Shown here: positions 62,047 through 64,000 of the stretch, in pieces | Position numbering within the stretch: position 1 is the stretch's first letter | Layout of the letters: each line of letters starts with the position of its first letter | From: Desulfobacterales bacterium | Lineage (GTDB): Bacteria > Desulfobacterota > Desulfobacteria > Desulfobacterales > UBA2174 | Reading direction: 5' to 3' | Assembly: GCA_963668645.2 (NCBI GenBank) | Contig: CAXXWC010000001.1 | Coordinates: forward strand, 448,001 to 512,000 | DNA length: 64,000 nucleotides | The notes under the pieces: model-generated | Seen by the model: the letters and a program-made list of their open reading frames with translations, nothing else | The model's database searches: none | What the model was told of the DNA's origin: nothing | Made by a program: the position numbers and the translations under genes

Positions 62047-62756
62047 TCACGGTGGATTTCAAGCGCCTGTCCATCGCATACGGCGCCCGCATTCTGGACG
62101 TGGGCTGCGGCAGCGGCCGCCATACTGCGGCAGCCTACGGGATTGAAAGGACAACGACCGTGGGCGTGGATGTTTGCCACGCCGACCTTTGCGCCGCCTG
62201 CCAGCGCCTGGAGTTTCACCAGCGGGTCGGCGCCGGTGCCGGGGGTGCCTGGGCCTTTGCCTCGGCCGACTGCCGGCACCTGCCCTTTGCCGACGCCACC
62301 TTTGATCTGGTGATCTGCGCCGAAGTGCTCGAACACATCCCCGACCACCGCCGGGCCGTAGCCGAACTGGTCCGGGTGCTCAAACCGGGCGCCGACCTGG
62401 TCGTCAGCGTGCCGCGGGCCTGGCCCGAGCGGATCTGCTGGCGGCTGGCGCCGGATTACAGCCACGCCAACGGCGGCCATGTGCGCATTTACCGGCGCAG
62501 GGAACTCGTCAGACTCCTTGAAGGCGCCGGCTTGAAGCCCTGGGCCTGCCACCATGCCCACGCGCTGCATGCCCCTTACTGGTGGCTCAAGTGTTTCGTC
62601 GGCCCCCAGCGCACCGACTCGGCCGCCGTCAACCTCTACCATCGTCTGCTGGTCTGGGATATGATGAAAAAGCCGGCCCTGACGCGCTGGCTCGAACGCC
62701 TGCTCAATCCGGTTGCCGGCAAAAGCCTGGTCGTCTATCTGCGCAAAACAAAATAG
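62043..62756 (+). CDS. Class I SAM methyltransferase (MeT1-like)
   Basis: LDVGCGSGRH, EVLEHI, WPERICW, GGHVRIY and HAHALHAPYWWLKC; ATGA overlap with the GT. Confidence 0.88.
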   Translation: MITVDFKRLSIAYGARILDVGCGSGRHTAAAYGIERTTTVGVDVCHADLCAACQRLEFHQRVGAGAGGAWAFASADCRHLPFADATFDLVICAEVLEHIPDHRRAVAELVRVLKPGADLVVSVPRAWPERICWRLAPDYSHANGGHVRIYRRRELVRLLEGAGLKPWACHHAHALHAPYWWLKCFVGPQRTDSAAVNLYHRLLVWDMMKKPALTRWLERLLNPVAGKSLVVYLRKTK

Positions 62757-62777
62757 GAAAGGTGGTGGGGTGTCGCC

Positions 62778-63248
62778 ATGAAGATCTGGAAACGGCTGCC
62801 GGCCAGCCATATCTTTCTCGACCAGGACCTGGCAGACAAAGAGGCGCTGCTCCATTTTCTGGCCGGCGCCTTTTTCAACGTGGGCGTCGTCAAGGATGCC
62901 GAAACCCTCTACCAGGGGCTGCGCACCCGCGAGGAGACCATGAGCACCGGCATCGGCAACGGCCTGGCCCTGCCGCATACCGCCAGCGCCGAAGCTGCCG
63001 CGGAGTCTTTGACCATGGTCCGCCTGGATCGGCCCATGGACTATGGCGCCCTGGACCGCCGGCCGGTGGACGTGGTGATCGCCCTGGTCGTGCCGGCCGG
63101 CAACCGGGATCTGCACCTGCGCCTGCTGGCCGCCCTGTCCCGGATCTGCCGCGAGGCGGGTTTCATGGACATGGTCCGCCGGGCTCCGAGCCCTGAAGCG
63201 CTCTGGCAGCATATCCGGAAACTGGAAGAGCGCATCCCGTTTCACTAG
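62778..63248 (+). CDS. PTS EIIA (fructose/nitrogen-type) domain protein
   Basis: REETMSTGIGNGLALPH. Confidence 0.9.
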   Translation: MKIWKRLPASHIFLDQDLADKEALLHFLAGAFFNVGVVKDAETLYQGLRTREETMSTGIGNGLALPHTASAEAAAESLTMVRLDRPMDYGALDRRPVDVVIALVVPAGNRDLHLRLLAALSRICREAGFMDMVRRAPSPEALWQHIRKLEERIPFH

Positions 63249-63329
63249 ACTCTGGCCGCAACGATCCTGTCAGACACCACGGGCACAGCGGAAAATCAGC
63301 AGGCGGAGGCCGCCAGGGGAGAAGAGACC

Positions 63330-63695
63330 GTGCAGTTGTTGATCGTCATCATCGATAACGAAGATATCCTGGGGGAACTGCTCACCGGTTGGCTCGACAT
63401 CGGCGTTACCGGCGCCACCTTGCTCGATTCCACCGATTCGCTTCAGCTCCTGAGCCATCATGTGCCCCTTTTTGCCGGCTTCCGGGGCCTGTCCGCCGGC
63501 CATGGGCAGCATTCCAAGACCCTCTTGTCGGCCATCGAATCACCGGCGGCCCTGGAGCAGGCCGTCGCCTTTCTCCAAACCCTGTGCGCCCGCGAGGAAT
63601 CTGCCAGCGGCGGCATCTATATGGTGGTGCCGCTTTCCGATTGCGGCCGCCTGGGAGACCGGCCGCACCGGCAGGCCGGGACAGGGCCCGCCTGA
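63330..63695 (+). CDS. PII-like small protein
   Basis: LLIVIIDNED...GVTGATLLDS...PLFAG...GGIYMVVP pattern. Confidence 0.6.
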   Translation: MQLLIVIIDNEDILGELLTGWLDIGVTGATLLDSTDSLQLLSHHVPLFAGFRGLSAGHGQHSKTLLSAIESPAALEQAVAFLQTLCAREESASGGIYMVVPLSDCGRLGDRPHRQAGTGPA

Positions 63696-63705
63696 CGCGG
63701 CCTTA

Positions 63706-64000
63706 TCAGCGGCGCCCCGATTCGCCGGCCAGTCCCAACGCCAGCTTGAAGCCGATAGGGCCCAGGACCTGGTTGACGGTGATCACGGCCAACACGATGG
63801 TCGTCAGGTAGACGCCGAGCTGCGGCAGTTGGCGGGCGGCGAGTTGGGCCAGACCGATGGAAACCCCGGCCTGGGTCAGGTAGGCCATCCAGGCGATGCG
63901 CCCGTTGCGCGGGGGATCCCCCGCCAGGCGGGCCGCGCTCCAGGTGGCGACAAAAATGCCGCACGCCCGCACCCCGGCCACGGCCAGGGCCAGGGGCCAG
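63706..64000 (-). CDS. Cation:proton antiporter (CPA2-like), C-terminal part running off the window
   Basis: QAGVSIGLA and VITVNQVLGP. Confidence 0.7.
   Translation of the reverse strand, partial: WPLALAVAGVRACGIFVATWSAARLAGDPPRNGRIAWMAYLTQAGVSIGLAQLAARQLPQLGVYLTTIVLAVITVNQVLGPIGFKLALGLAGESGRR

Noticed and set aside
1..64000. CRISPR array, cas genes, prophage genes, integron integrase or rRNA
   Set aside because: No regularly spaced repeats, tyrosine-recombinase motifs, phage structural genes or rRNA signatures were seen.

Overview
High-GC bacterial window whose gene content fits an anaerobic deltaproteobacterium (Desulfobacterales-like; inference). The left arm (1-20.8 kb) holds a CRP/FNR fragment, an NhaD antiporter with an inserted PAS domain, an RsmB/F methyltransferase, a cysteine desulfurase with an internal duplication, a PAS histidine kinase, a CoA-enzyme activase, an OmpR-type two-component pair and a MipA-OMF-MFP-RND efflux operon. 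The centre (about 21.2-47.0 kb) is an eroded accessory region next to tRNA-Lys and tRNA-Glu. It contains broken IS elements, an RT-deleted group II intron apparently inserted in an integron attC core, AT-rich gene cassettes with attC sites but no integrase, a MITE, an unusual three-gene signalling operon, a type I R-M operon with an embedded DUF262 (GmrSD-like) gene, RhuM and DUF1156 remnants and a Fic gene. The right arm (47.3-64 kb) is mostly housekeeping: trkAH, birA-bioY-ECF with a BirA operator, a candidate structured ncRNA, proA-proB, galE-cysQ-sat/cysC, a ManT/MeT1-like pair, PTS IIA, a PII-like gene and an antiporter fragment. All family calls come from motif recognition by eye; no database search was run.
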